A stretch of 64,000 nt of DNA. Origin: Phoronis australis. Its lineage: Eukaryota > Animalia > Phoronida. Positions 14,301-26,800 of the stretch are shown in pieces. A program made the translations under genes and the position numbers. The notes beneath the pieces were generated by a model, which searched no databases, had not been told where the DNA came from, and saw nothing but the letters and a program-made list of their open reading frames with translations. Within the stretch, counting starts at the first letter, position 1. Each line of letters starts with the position of its first letter. The stretch lies in contig NMRA01000264.1 in assembly GCA_002633005.1 (NCBI GenBank), positions 124,001 through 188,000 on the forward strand, read 5' to 3'.

Positions 14301-17300
14301 AAAGCCATAAGTTCGAGTGGAATCTTTTTATTTACTACAAGTCTTTGGGTATAATTTTAGAAAAACACTTTTATACCCCAACCGCCACTGCTTAAAATAA
14401 GGTAGACTTTGGTCTAGTATGTAGTGTTACTAACAGGTTGCCAGATGGCGCTTGATTGTATCGAAGATGTACAGTCAATCTGAAGTTTTCAAACCCCGGC
14501 TGCTGATTACCATGTTCTTTCGTAAGACGTTTATGCCTACAATGAAAAATACACCCAAACAAAAAAAAAACGCTGGCATGGTGTCGTGGTTGGAAACAAA
14601 GCGAATGAATAAGATAAATTCAACGTTTTTCTCACATAAAACAACGAAATCAGATTGTTTATTGTATGTAGGCCCTGGCCTCATAATACAGTTCACATTA
14701 CAAGCTGACAATGATAAAATGTAAGTTCCTAGCCCTGTTGCTCTTGAAATACATAGCACCAGGCTTTTAAGTTCACAAAGATTATGGCATTGAAATGATC
14801 TAATTACTCTAGCATCACGTGTCATATTCGTAAGCAAATTTCGGCGTACATTGCCAAGGACAGGGCAGTGACAAATAAAATGAATCTCGTTTTCAATTTG
14901 ACCAGTATTGCATATTGCACAAATTCTCTCATCCTCGGTTAGACCTGCGTGCCGCCCTGTTTCAATGTTAAGCTTGAGCAATGAGCACCTAAAACAAGCA
15001 TCTTCCTAAGGTAAAGGTCTAAAACGTACAGGTATTTTTCACAGTGTATTTCCGTTTTGATAGTACAACAGAATTGATATTTAAAGTCGACTTATTAATT
15101 ACAGAGTGTCAATTTTGTACGTTTCAATCAATTAATCTCTGACAAAAAGACACTAGTAATTCATTTACGCAATGTAGAATTTCTTTGATATTCTATTGAC
15201 ATAATTTGTTTTCATCTGGACGCAGCTACTGCAAACGTAGTTCCTAACGTAGAACAGTCGCTGGATGACGTCACGGTCACTGAGGGAGAGACAATTCATC
15301 TACCATGTGTTGCAAGCGGCTTTCCATATCCGTCCTACCTGTGGAAGAAAGACGGACAGACGGTTATGACGCAGACCAGAATCCGTTACGTACAGGGAAA
15401 TCTAGAGATTGGCAACGCCGGAATTTCTGACAGTGGAGTGTACAAGTGTTCTATTAGCAATCCCATTGGATCCAAAACTATTACGACAGTGGTCACAGTA
15501 CGAAGTAAGATCAAAAGCGTTACACTACATGTTGGAGTTCATTGTTGTTTAAAATATTAGTTTAAAAGAAAAGTTATTTATGAAAATGTTTGAAAACGTT
15601 ACAGTATAATTTTCAAAGTGTTTGAAGGTCTATCTGGATTAATGCCGATGATGCTCGCTTTCAAGTAAAATGGGTTAGACCAAAGAAAAGAAATTGAATT
15701 CTTGACTTGTAGCCATGCCTCTGGTGAACACGCGATAATTTTCAGTTACTCATTAATCTGTATTCGTGTTGTAATGCGCTTGCCTTTTATGTCATCGATA
15801 TTTGATTACCTTAAAACCAATTAAGGTAATGAAATTAAATATATTTTGAAGAACACCTTAGAGCATACATCACTCCGGCGTCTCAGACTGTCGACGCAGA
15901 AGGTTTCGCTGTTCTCAACTGCACAGTTTCTGGACACCCTGTGGAAAGGATAGAGTGGTACAAAAACGGCAAACAGCTGGTCGAGACAAGTCGCGTTTTC
16001 TTAGAAACTCCGACGTCGTTGCAGATACATGATGTAATGCGTCAGGACAAAGGAATGTATCAATGCATGGTGTCTAATGACGTGGAAAACGTCCAGGGCA
16101 CGGCACAACTCTCTCTGGGCGGTAAGTGAACGTGCGCTTTCAATTTGCAAACGACGTTTTGCGCACGAAATATGAAAGCTGCACAAAGCATTCGTTTATG
16201 CAATTAATGGCATACATATACATAAATTTATGCATAGGCAAGTTATGTTAATCTAGAGCCACCCACGGAAGTCTTTGCTACCATTCAATAGTCAAAAGGG
16301 GATTTCGCCGCTGTTTAGCAGTCCTCTTAACCGAAGCGCTCTGGAGTTTAAAAACATTTCTGCGCTCATCCGATCTTGAATTGCTGTCGACTGACCCGGC
16401 AACTCAAGTCACAAGTAACGCATAACATATATAATCAATCAATTTATTTCTGTAATAAAGGCTATAGGCCCACAGTACAAAAGAACAACATGCAACAAGC
16501 TATTACGGAGGCAATAAGCATAAAATTCCTATTTACAAAGGTTAACTAATTTAGCATCATCACTTGTTGACATTAATCCATTGAACTTGAAATAGTCGAT
16601 ACCCTAATTCGGGCTGTTCATGATGACCACATAGAAATGGATGCACTCATGTAGGTATCTCTATGTATATAACGGCAATTTCTTTACTTTCCCTCCCCAT
16701 ACATTGTCAACCGTTTCTTTGTCTTTGTAGCTGCTAAACCGGTGTTTACAGAAAGGTTTAGCAATAAATATGTTAAACCAGGTCCACCACAGTCATTAAA
16801 ATGTGTTGCCTATGGTAACCCAACTCCAACTATCTCGTGGAAGTTAGACGGCAGCGTGATGCTACCGAACCCCAGGTTTAGAGTTGGCGATTTTCTGACA
16901 GAGTTGGGCGACGTTGTTAGTTATGTCAACATAACTGATCTTAGAGTAGAAGATGGAGGACGTTACGAATGTGTCGCAAGTAACCATGTTGGAACGTTAT
17001 CGCACATGGCAACTTTGCATGTATACGGTAAACTTATTTTTATTGGATTTTGTAAAAACCGCACTGTATTGAAATTTCATTTAAACTAACGTTTTTTATT
17101 CTCTTCGACAGAAAACGTGGTCTTAAAGAATGAAAATTCTAGTCAAAATTTAATTCTTATTACTCCAAACTAATCCCCTCGTATACGCTTAATTCTTTGA
17201 ACAATTTTACTCGGGACTCGTTTATATTATATGTCTTACCTTTACAGGTGTACCATACATTCGCCCTATGCCAAACGTGACTGCAGTAGCGTCTCATCCC

Positions 17301-17820
17301 CTCGCCATCCGGTGCTCTGTATCTGGATATCCTGTTACCTCTATAACTTGGAAAAAAGGTAAGTAGTCCCACAGTGTGACTTATCATGGTCTGCTGTCAT
17401 GTACCGCCGGTCATCAGCTTATGAGTGTTGAATCATTGAAGGTCCACTACCGTAATGGTCGTAGCCGGGAAATTTTCGTTTACTCTGGACGTTGATTTGT
17501 TGTACTAGGTGGTTTATTTGGAAGAGTTTTGGAGATGACCATTATTGTAGTCTTTTTCAGAGTAAAAATGGCAGATATTAAGTAGTCTATGGCGGGCTCT
17601 GCATCACCGCGGCGGTATCAGCCCGCCTTGGTTGCTAAGGCCTATTTTATAAACCCGTTCCAGTGGTGGATCTAGGATATCACAAGGGGGGCCCAACTTT
17701 TTGTCCGGCTGTAAGCATTTGCACAAACTGAACCACGATTGTAGATGCGCATAGCACCGAAGTGGGGGGAGGTCGGGAGGGGGNNNNNNNNNNNNNNNNN
17801 NNNNNNNNNNNNNNNNNNNN

Positions 17821-17853
<33 letters not shown>

Positions 17854-20800
17854 GGAGAACGTGTCGAACAGAAAAAACTGGAAGTACCTAACACTCGAAC
17901 TCACGACCTGGCGGATAGCGCACGGCGCGTGCGTTACCACTACCTCACCACAACTTTACGACTAACTTCTTTCTAAGAGACCTACTTACTTATGGCTTAT
18001 TACACGTTTTATTTATTGTGCCATCAATTCTTAACAAATTTGTCGTATTTAAAATAGTCTTCAAATGCTCAAAAGACCAAATCCATTTCTCGTGTTGGCA
18101 ATAATGACGGTATTGCTTTGGAAATCGTCTTAAGATAAGGTTTGACAAAGAGAGTATTGCGAATTTCTGAGTGATTCACTAAGGCCGGCATTCCCATTCA
18201 GTCACTCATGCCCTGTCGTCACTATGCTTGCCAGTAAACTAAAGACTGTTACGTCTTTGATGAAACCATGACTACGGTGTTTTCTGGTAGTGAAAACTCG
18301 CATAAGGTAATTTTCCGGCGTTCGACCCTTGAAGTCGGGACCCCGAGAGTAGACCTCGAGCACTAATACCGCAGCAAAACCGAAGCGCAAGCCTAGACAT
18401 CATCAGTCCATGAGCGCAAGTTACCTCTGGCAGTCACGACTTCCGGTGCAACAGAAAGGTGAAGAATCGAGAGCGAGATTCGGAATTTAAAAGTGCACTA
18501 AAACTCTCCGTCTGCGCATCCGGCGTCCAGCGTCCGCTGCTGTCTCTTAATTGCAGGATGCAAGAGATTTGGATTTTGGGTGATGTGTTCCTAAGTGTTA
18601 GTAGCAATTTTAGTTTCCACATTTGCCTTTGTGTCTTTGGAGATCGTGGATGAATTTTCATAAAATTTATCAGATAGGTTTGTATTAAGGAGGTAATGAC
18701 ACCTTCATTTTCGGATGACTTTAATGATTCTGCGCCACCTATTGCCCATGTATGAATGTTCGAGTCTCCCTTTCTGTCCGCAACTGAAACTGCCGAAAGG
18801 ATCACTGTGAAAGTTGGCAAGTTTGTTCCTGATGAGGAGACCACAGGTGACGTTCATTTTCGGTCTGGTTTGACTACTCTGGCATTTGTTTTTTATGTCC
18901 GAAGGTGTATCTCCTTAACAGTTTGCATGAGTTTGGGAAATGTGGCAGATGTGTTCCTATGAAAATGACAACAGATGATAAGTTTCAGATGCAGTGGACG
19001 ATTGCTGTGCCCTCTAGTGACAATTTTGTGTTTTATGTTTTGCTGTCTTCGGAGGTCATTGTTGGATTTTCATGAAGCTTGACAAATAGTTTTCTATTAG
19101 ATAGTTGACAATGCTGTCCCATTTTCGGACAGATCTGACATATTGTGTGCCACCTAGCTGTGATTTTTAAAAGTTTTGCCTCTGTATCCGTCAAACCACT
19201 CCAAGTTGTGAAAATTGGCAGATGTGTTTCTGATGAGAAAACCACAGTTGATATTGATATTCAAAACAGGTTCGACTACTTTGGCGTCCCCTATTCACAG
19301 TTTTATTTTTTCGTCCATGGCTGTGCCTCCCTTCAGTTGCAGGATCTCTGTGAAATTTGGCAGATGTGTTCCTACGGAGCTGACAAGGGATTAAGATGAG
19401 TTTCAGACCCATCAGAGTATAGCTGTGCCCCTAGTGACAATTTTAATGTTTATGTTTGCCTCTGTATCTTAGAGTTCACAGTATTGTGTGAAATTTGACG
19501 GATAGAGATGGTAGGAGATGACTATAGAGATGGTAGGAGATGACTATAGAGGTGGTAGGAGATGACTATAGAGGTGGTCTTAGATGACTATAGAGATGGT
19601 AGGAGATGACTGTAGAGATGGTAGGAGATGACTATAGACTTCCATTTCGGAATGGATTCGATGTATTTTTGCACCACCTAGTGGCTATTTATATTCTTTT
19701 AGTCCATTTTTAGCATCCCTCTCTTTATCCGCCAAACTGCTTAAAGATCATTTGATAATTTGACAGGTGTATTCCTGATGACGGAGATGACCCTGGCTGG
19801 TGTTGATTTTTGGACAGTTGTGATAACTGGTGCCTCCTGGTTGCAATTTTGTCTTTTTTGCATCCTCGTTCGTATCCTTACTGCTTTGAAGGATTTTTGC
19901 AAATGTTATAAATGTGACTGCAGCTGCCTACGACTTTTGGATGAATCTGCCTGCCGCCATACCCTCTAGTGGCATGTTTAGTTTTTACAACACGACTGGT
20001 GTAATTTTTCAGAGGGTCCAACTACTGTAGTACCCCGAGTAACATTTTGTTTTACATCTGCAGCTGTATCTACAAAACCCCTTGTCATTTTTACGATACT
20101 AAAACTCCACAAGACGCTTACCATTTGCAGTGCAGTTGTTGGTGCATTTCAGTGCTCGGCGTTAATTGTTTGCATGTGGTGTTAATGATTGTTGGAATAG
20201 TAATTCTCCATAAATATTAGTTGTGTTAACCTGGGAAAAGGAACACCGAAAATGTATTTGATGGTCTCTCTGTTAAACCAGCTGATCTCATTCTGTTCAA
20301 TCACGGTTTAATAACATGCCTGTTTGTTTGCTCACTAGATGACACAGTTTTACGGACAGACCACAGAGTGACTGTGAAAAGTGATGGAGAGTTGACCATA
20401 TTGTCTGTGCAACGATCTCATGATGAAGGCATGTATCGATGTAATGCCAGAAATGACAACAGGGAAGGCATGTCACGTGACATCTACATCCATGTTATGG
20501 GTGAGTACAAAAGCCTAGAAAGTATTCACCAAAGGTGTATCCCAGGGTGCTTGGGTGCAAGTGCACCCCTATCACTCAGGTAAAGTGCAGCATTACCTGT
20601 TGAAGAATAACTTTATGAGCACCCCTTTTGAAATCCTTTAGATACCAATATGATGTAGCCGTGGATCCAGGATTCCATCCTAGGGGTCCGGGTCTGATAA
20701 GGGGCAAGCAGGGTAGGTACTTGAAGTTACTCCCCCACTGAATCTGTGCCAACACTAATGCTGGTCCATAATGTTGCATGGGCGGCGCACCATAGGGGGA

Positions 20801-23800
20801 TAGGGGGGCTATAGCCCCCCACTTTTTTCAGTGCTAGGCCGCACATGGTCTAAAGGCATTGCACCACAGGGGGGCTGAAGGGCTTTAGCCCCCACTTTTT
20901 TCAATGTTGCGCCGCCCCTGTGTTGTAGTGGCTTATGGTGTTGCTACTGTCTTGCTATATTGTTGTTGTTGTGACTACCTAATGCAATTCCAAACGTTAT
21001 AATACAAGTAGTTTCTTCCTAAAGACTTAACGATCTCTTCAAACTTGCAAGAAATTTATTTTAGCGATTAAACATACCCCAGCCTGTTTGTTCACTACAG
21101 AATAATGCCTGACGGTCCATAGATATACAACGTAGGTGTTTGTACATGTTCAATAGTTATTGTATGGGATTGGTGATATCCTGCATGGAACCTGTCATTC
21201 TTTAGAGAAGCTCAAATTTCTCCGATTGTTTTTGTAATGTTTGGGGTCATCAAAAATCGCTCAATATTCAATGCTGATCACACGCTGTGTGACCCGTGTT
21301 ACAAAGACGCTTGTTAAAAATATTGCATTTTATCAGTTTTGCATAGAAAACCTACATGACTGTGGACATTTAACCTGTTACATTTATAAGGAATATTGTC
21401 TCACTTGTAACCACACACACGCATCTTGTGTCTCTGCTAGTAAGTGTACTGCTGTGTTTAAGGTTTGGAATAGGATTTGAGAAATTTGCCTCAATTTCTG
21501 GACATCCGATGTGGAATTCCATTACAAGACACCTGGTGGTGAGACCATCTCTGAGTCAGCCCACATAGAATGCCAAGCATGTCATGGAAATTGATGACAT
21601 TTCACCAGTTTGCTAAAAATATTTTGGTTTTAGCAAGAATTTAAGAGAAAGAGAAACAGAGGAAGTTATCAAAAGCCAAAATAGTTGCTTAGCATAGCTT
21701 TTTATGTTCAATATTACAAGGTAATGCCATGCGTTTTTCGTCTGATAATACTGCATCTAGTAACATGTGGAGATAATTTGATTGGATCCATGTAGGATAA
21801 TAGGCCAGGGTTGGCTTACAAAGTGAATGAACGTGCAATTGATGTGGAGAAGTTGTTCCTTCATATTTGGTCATTCAATAATACGTATATCTCACGACCC
21901 TATTACCATGCATAAAAGAATAAATAATAGAAGGTTTATTTGCAACTGATAACAAAGCCATGAATTGCCAGTGGCCTCTCACTGTCACGCCATCTGTGCT
22001 CTCTTTCTTAAACTACCTTCAACAAAGTTTCTCAATATTATATGACTTAACTGTGACATAAAAGGCTACAAGACTATTACTGGCAAATTATATCACTGAT
22101 TGTCGACTGGATTACTTGTGTTGAAGATACATGACTTTGCTCACCTGTCAGGGGACATCGGACATGGCTCTGTAGAATTGGATTAATTAAGGTGTTATTT
22201 CTCTGCCAGCACTATTTTATTAGATTGTCCATTTGTAGATAATAAGTTTACCTACCACAGAGAACCAAATACAAAATCAATACTTTTCGTTCATGGGGGA
22301 TTATACACCAGGGTGGTATTGCTAACATCTTGGCAATCCTTTACAGCATAGTGTGAGATTGTATTCACATGAGAAATTGAAACTTTGTCATTGATCTTTT
22401 ATGTATGTTAACTTAACATCCACAGCATGCGTTTGCAATAATTTTATAATTTTAGGGGTATTATCATGGACAAAGGAATCAATATTTGCTTCAACATGTG
22501 AATTTCATGATTTAGTTTTTATTATTGTTTCCTGAAGGTGTGATTTATCATTAGTAAAGTGAGATGAATATTTTATATCCTCAGCAAAACATACAATACT
22601 GTAACTTGTGCTACGAAGGATACACAGACATACAAATACCCTAGCCTGTGTCTTTGACCAAATTTGTGATGTCATGACTTGTAATCACAACTATTTTTCT
22701 TAAAAATATTGCTTTGTGATAAAAAAGTCATTCCACGTAACATGAGCCTTAAGTTCGTAGTATTGTGGCAACAGTCTCTTATAGGGGCCCCAGATTTTGA
22801 GAACCACTTTTGTGCCCGTTATTCAGTGAGAAAGCTGGTTCCCCAAATTGTGGGACCACTGTAAGAGACTATTGCCAAATTTGAGAGCGTTTTTGCAAAA
22901 ATGGCATGATCTTTAGTGACAGGCATAAAGTTTATTTAAAGTTCAATAGGGCCATCCCAGATTACACAGTTACACTCGAAATTTGCTTATTTACCCACAA
23001 TGCCGTAAACATCCATCAGGCATTTGCTGCCTCATTTTCGTGCCACTGGAGTTTCACATGTTATTTGTTGTCTGATTCTTGCATTACTCTAATGCCAAGG
23101 AAGCATTGGTGTGCTGTGGACTGATAAATTGGACCAAAACCCATGGATGTGTGATCTGAAATTCTTTGTCTTCCTGACATCAATGAGAGACTCAAAAATG
23201 TGCCCAATTTCCAAACTAGGTCACACACTTTCTTTTCTCCAGGCCAAAGGAGAGTTCTAATGTCGTGTAATCCAGGACGGCCCTATCGATTAAGATCTTT
23301 CCAATGCAGATCTGCTCAGTTGACTGGGGTTTTTGTCTCTTGGGGAGGCATTTGGATTATATTGCTTCTCAGGCCGTTGAATCACGATTCCCTGACTCAT
23401 AGCCTTGATGCTCTGTTATTGCTTTTGCAGAGCCCCCTGTTATCACACCATTCAGATTCTCACCCCAACTCAAGCAGGGTCAACGTGTATCCGTTGCATG
23501 TGTTGTCACCAGTGGTGACCTGCCAATCACCATCAGCTGGCTCAAAGATGGCCAGCCACTGCCGCCAGACATGGGCTTCCAAACACGAGTGCGTAATTTG
23601 TTTTGTATTCAGCATGTTGTCTCTCAACCTCCCTAACGTACAATATGGTGTATTAGGGGAACTTTATTTTATCGTGTTCCTCATAACTAAGACAAGCATT
23701 ATAGTCGTTGATTTTTTACTTTTTACTACCTGGTATTTTTTTGATAATTAGTGGCAATGTAGTCAGACAGTTATGAATGGGAAATGTTAGTTTTGCTAAT

Positions 23801-26800
23801 TGTTTTTGTGACTAAATTTAAGACACAATTTTGGAACAAGCCTTAGGGATTTTTTTCTTGTACATTTTGTGAAAGAGTAAGGGCCACCAAGTTAGAGTTT
23901 TGTCCTTCTTACGTTCTGTATCTTATCTACCTTCTTATGATATTTTGAATATTATAATTATGAGCATTCACAACAGCTATTGAACACTGAAAAAAGTGGA
24001 TCAAGTTTGGTATGATTTGTACAAAATTGATGAGGATGCTTGGTAATGTCTGAAATGGCATTTTAAGGCATTTTTCATTATTTGGCATATTTTACTTGCT
24101 CTGAGTGGTATTCTGGACCTTTTTCATCATTTTTTATTAAAATAAAATTTTCCTAAGTGGCAGTTTGACTGTGATAAAGCCACATGTATGTGTTTGAGGA
24201 GTTGTATTAGTTTTATTACCTGGTATCATTTCTCAAGTCAACTGTGGCTACTTGTCATGTACTGAAGCTGGGACTGAACATTGAACATGCATCTAGACCA
24301 TTGACCAGAGTTATCAGAACAGAAAAGTTTGCTTACCATGTACCAGCTGACATTTTGCTATTTTTGTGGAAATTCAGAAAATCTGAAGTTCCCCTTAACA
24401 GTGGGCTAAATAAATTTTTGTTCTCAAGATTTATTACTTCTGCACAATGAAATGATTATGTTCTTGCTATTCAAGAAAATTGATGCTTACTCGAGTACTC
24501 TGTCGACCGAGGATGCCGTACCTCGTCAGAATGGCAACTACACCTGTGTGGCCAGTAATACTGCGGCCACGGCGAATTACACTGCCACCATGCATGTGGA
24601 TGGTGAGTATGTCATGTGACACAATATAAATTATTCGTAAAGATTTGCTTGTAATTTTGCTAACACTTAAGACCTTTTACTCGACAGACACATCTAACTT
24701 TGGTTCTCGTAGTTTCTTATTAATAGCTAAGTGCCAATCGATACAAGGGTGGAAAATGAAGACTTCTGGAAAATGTAAGAAAGACTCACTCAGCATCAAC
24801 ATAAGTTTTACCCCCGTGGCTTCACGAGCTCAGAATGAAGATGAAAATAACATTTTTGTTTCTTACCTTAAGTTTGTTATTTCAGTACCTCCTCGCTGGG
24901 TGAGTCCTCCTCAAGATTCGTTTGTTGTCCTCGGTCACAAGGTGATGCTTCACTGTCAGACAGCAGGCACGCCTGACCCTGTAGTCACCTGGAAAAAGTC
25001 TCAAGGTAACCTCTCGATTTGAAAATGGTCCGTTGAAGTACTTTAACCCTGTTGTAGGAAGCCTGTGTTCCTGCCAGCTGTTAAATTTAAGGAAAGCTTG
25101 TCACTGTATGATATCTGCTCAATATCTCTTTCTTACATTTGTGGCAATGGTTCGGGCATTTGCTTTTTGACTTATGGCTAGTTTTTTTTCATCTTTATTA
25201 AAAAGAAAAATGTCAGTGCCTTCCTTGATTGACTTAATTGATTGTCTTCAAATTCGAATAAAAATAATTGTCGCAATTATTATCTTTCAAAAGTTCACAC
25301 AGCAAAATTTCAACTTATGTTTGCTGATGACACTCAACCGAGCCAATCATGAATTAAAATTTTCATCCTTTGTATTTTTGTATAGAAATTAGATAAAACA
25401 ATGAAAATATTTAATCATTTTGCCATACTGTGCTCTTCCTTGTAAACAGTATTGATTGTGGGACAGAAATAGTGTTGGTTATCTTATTTTTTCTGATGAA
25501 ATACTTAGAACGGGACTGATTATTACAACAGGTGCTGAACCCGGCAACTACCGACCAATGGACTTCAGAAGCGACTCTCGACTGAGGCAGTTTCCGAATG
25601 GAAGCCTTCAGATTGAAAACGCACGCGAGTCCGATGATAGTTCTTATCTTTGTCACTCTGACAATGGGATTGGGACCATCAGTAGAGCCATATTTCTCAC
25701 AGTTCATAGTAAGTGGTTGCAGATGTATTTTTGACATCTCACATGTTGACTTCTTATCACTGTTTTATGGTTAATTTGTGTGTTGCAAGTTAGGTAGAAC
25801 TAGAAAGCATTTACTGAATTCACAAATTTCTGCCAAGTCATCGCAGTCATAAAGTGCCCTCACCTGAGCTCACTACCACAATTTTGATAACTTGGGATTG
25901 ACCGTTGTCAAACAACCTATGAAAACTTTATCAAAATCCGTTAGTTTCATATGCTCTAGTCATCATAACAGTGACTAATAAGACTGATGTGCCTAAGTTG
26001 GATTGGTTTCTCTTCTAGTCACTTCTCTAGAGGCCAGTTCACTACCGGTCATTTCACTAGCGGTCATTTCACTTCCGGTCACTTCACTACCAGTCACTTC
26101 ACTTCCGGTCACTTCACTACTAGTAATAATTCCTCATTTCAGTCCCAGCTTCCTTCAAGACACAGCAGGCCAACTACAGTGTGGTCAAAGGTCAGAACAT
26201 CTCTGTTGAGTGCCGCGCAGTCGGTGACACACCCATGCAGATCTCTTGGCGGTACAACAGTGCCCCTCTACTTCAAACACCCAGGTATAGTTTGCATCCA
26301 GTGTAATGACTCGTGTGAGTGGCTATCCAGGTTCTCCAGGCTCCATAGCAGTGACCTTGACATTTGAAATTTGTCAGTTATGTAGGACCCTCAAACAATG
26401 TCCAACTTTGGTTTAACTTCAGTCATCATATCTCAGACATGGCTGATCAGATCAACATCAAACTTTCGGATACTATGCTGTATGCACTATTCTCAAAAAC
26501 CATGATAAGAATTGTTTTAATATTTTCAATTTTTTCATGATGAGCTAATAAAAATTAGACTTTTATAATTGTCATAAAAAAATAAGTTGCATTTAACAAA
26601 ATGACATTTTAGAAAACTAAGTTCAATGGTATTTTTGAGATCTTGTCTTGAACATTTGTATATCAAATAAAGTTTGATCATGTTATTGATAACGTTGTTT
26701 TTCTATGAATGCACCTGTCTTCCTAGCTGAATTTTACTATAAGACATATCGTCATGACCCAATAAATAGCAGATTGGCAAAACGCCAAAAATTTACTTTC

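Noticed and set aside
25987-26367. ORF with [10 protein letters not shown] peptide repeats
   Set aside because: It is the translation of an intronic 15-bp repeat; the real exon (26143-26284) uses another frame.
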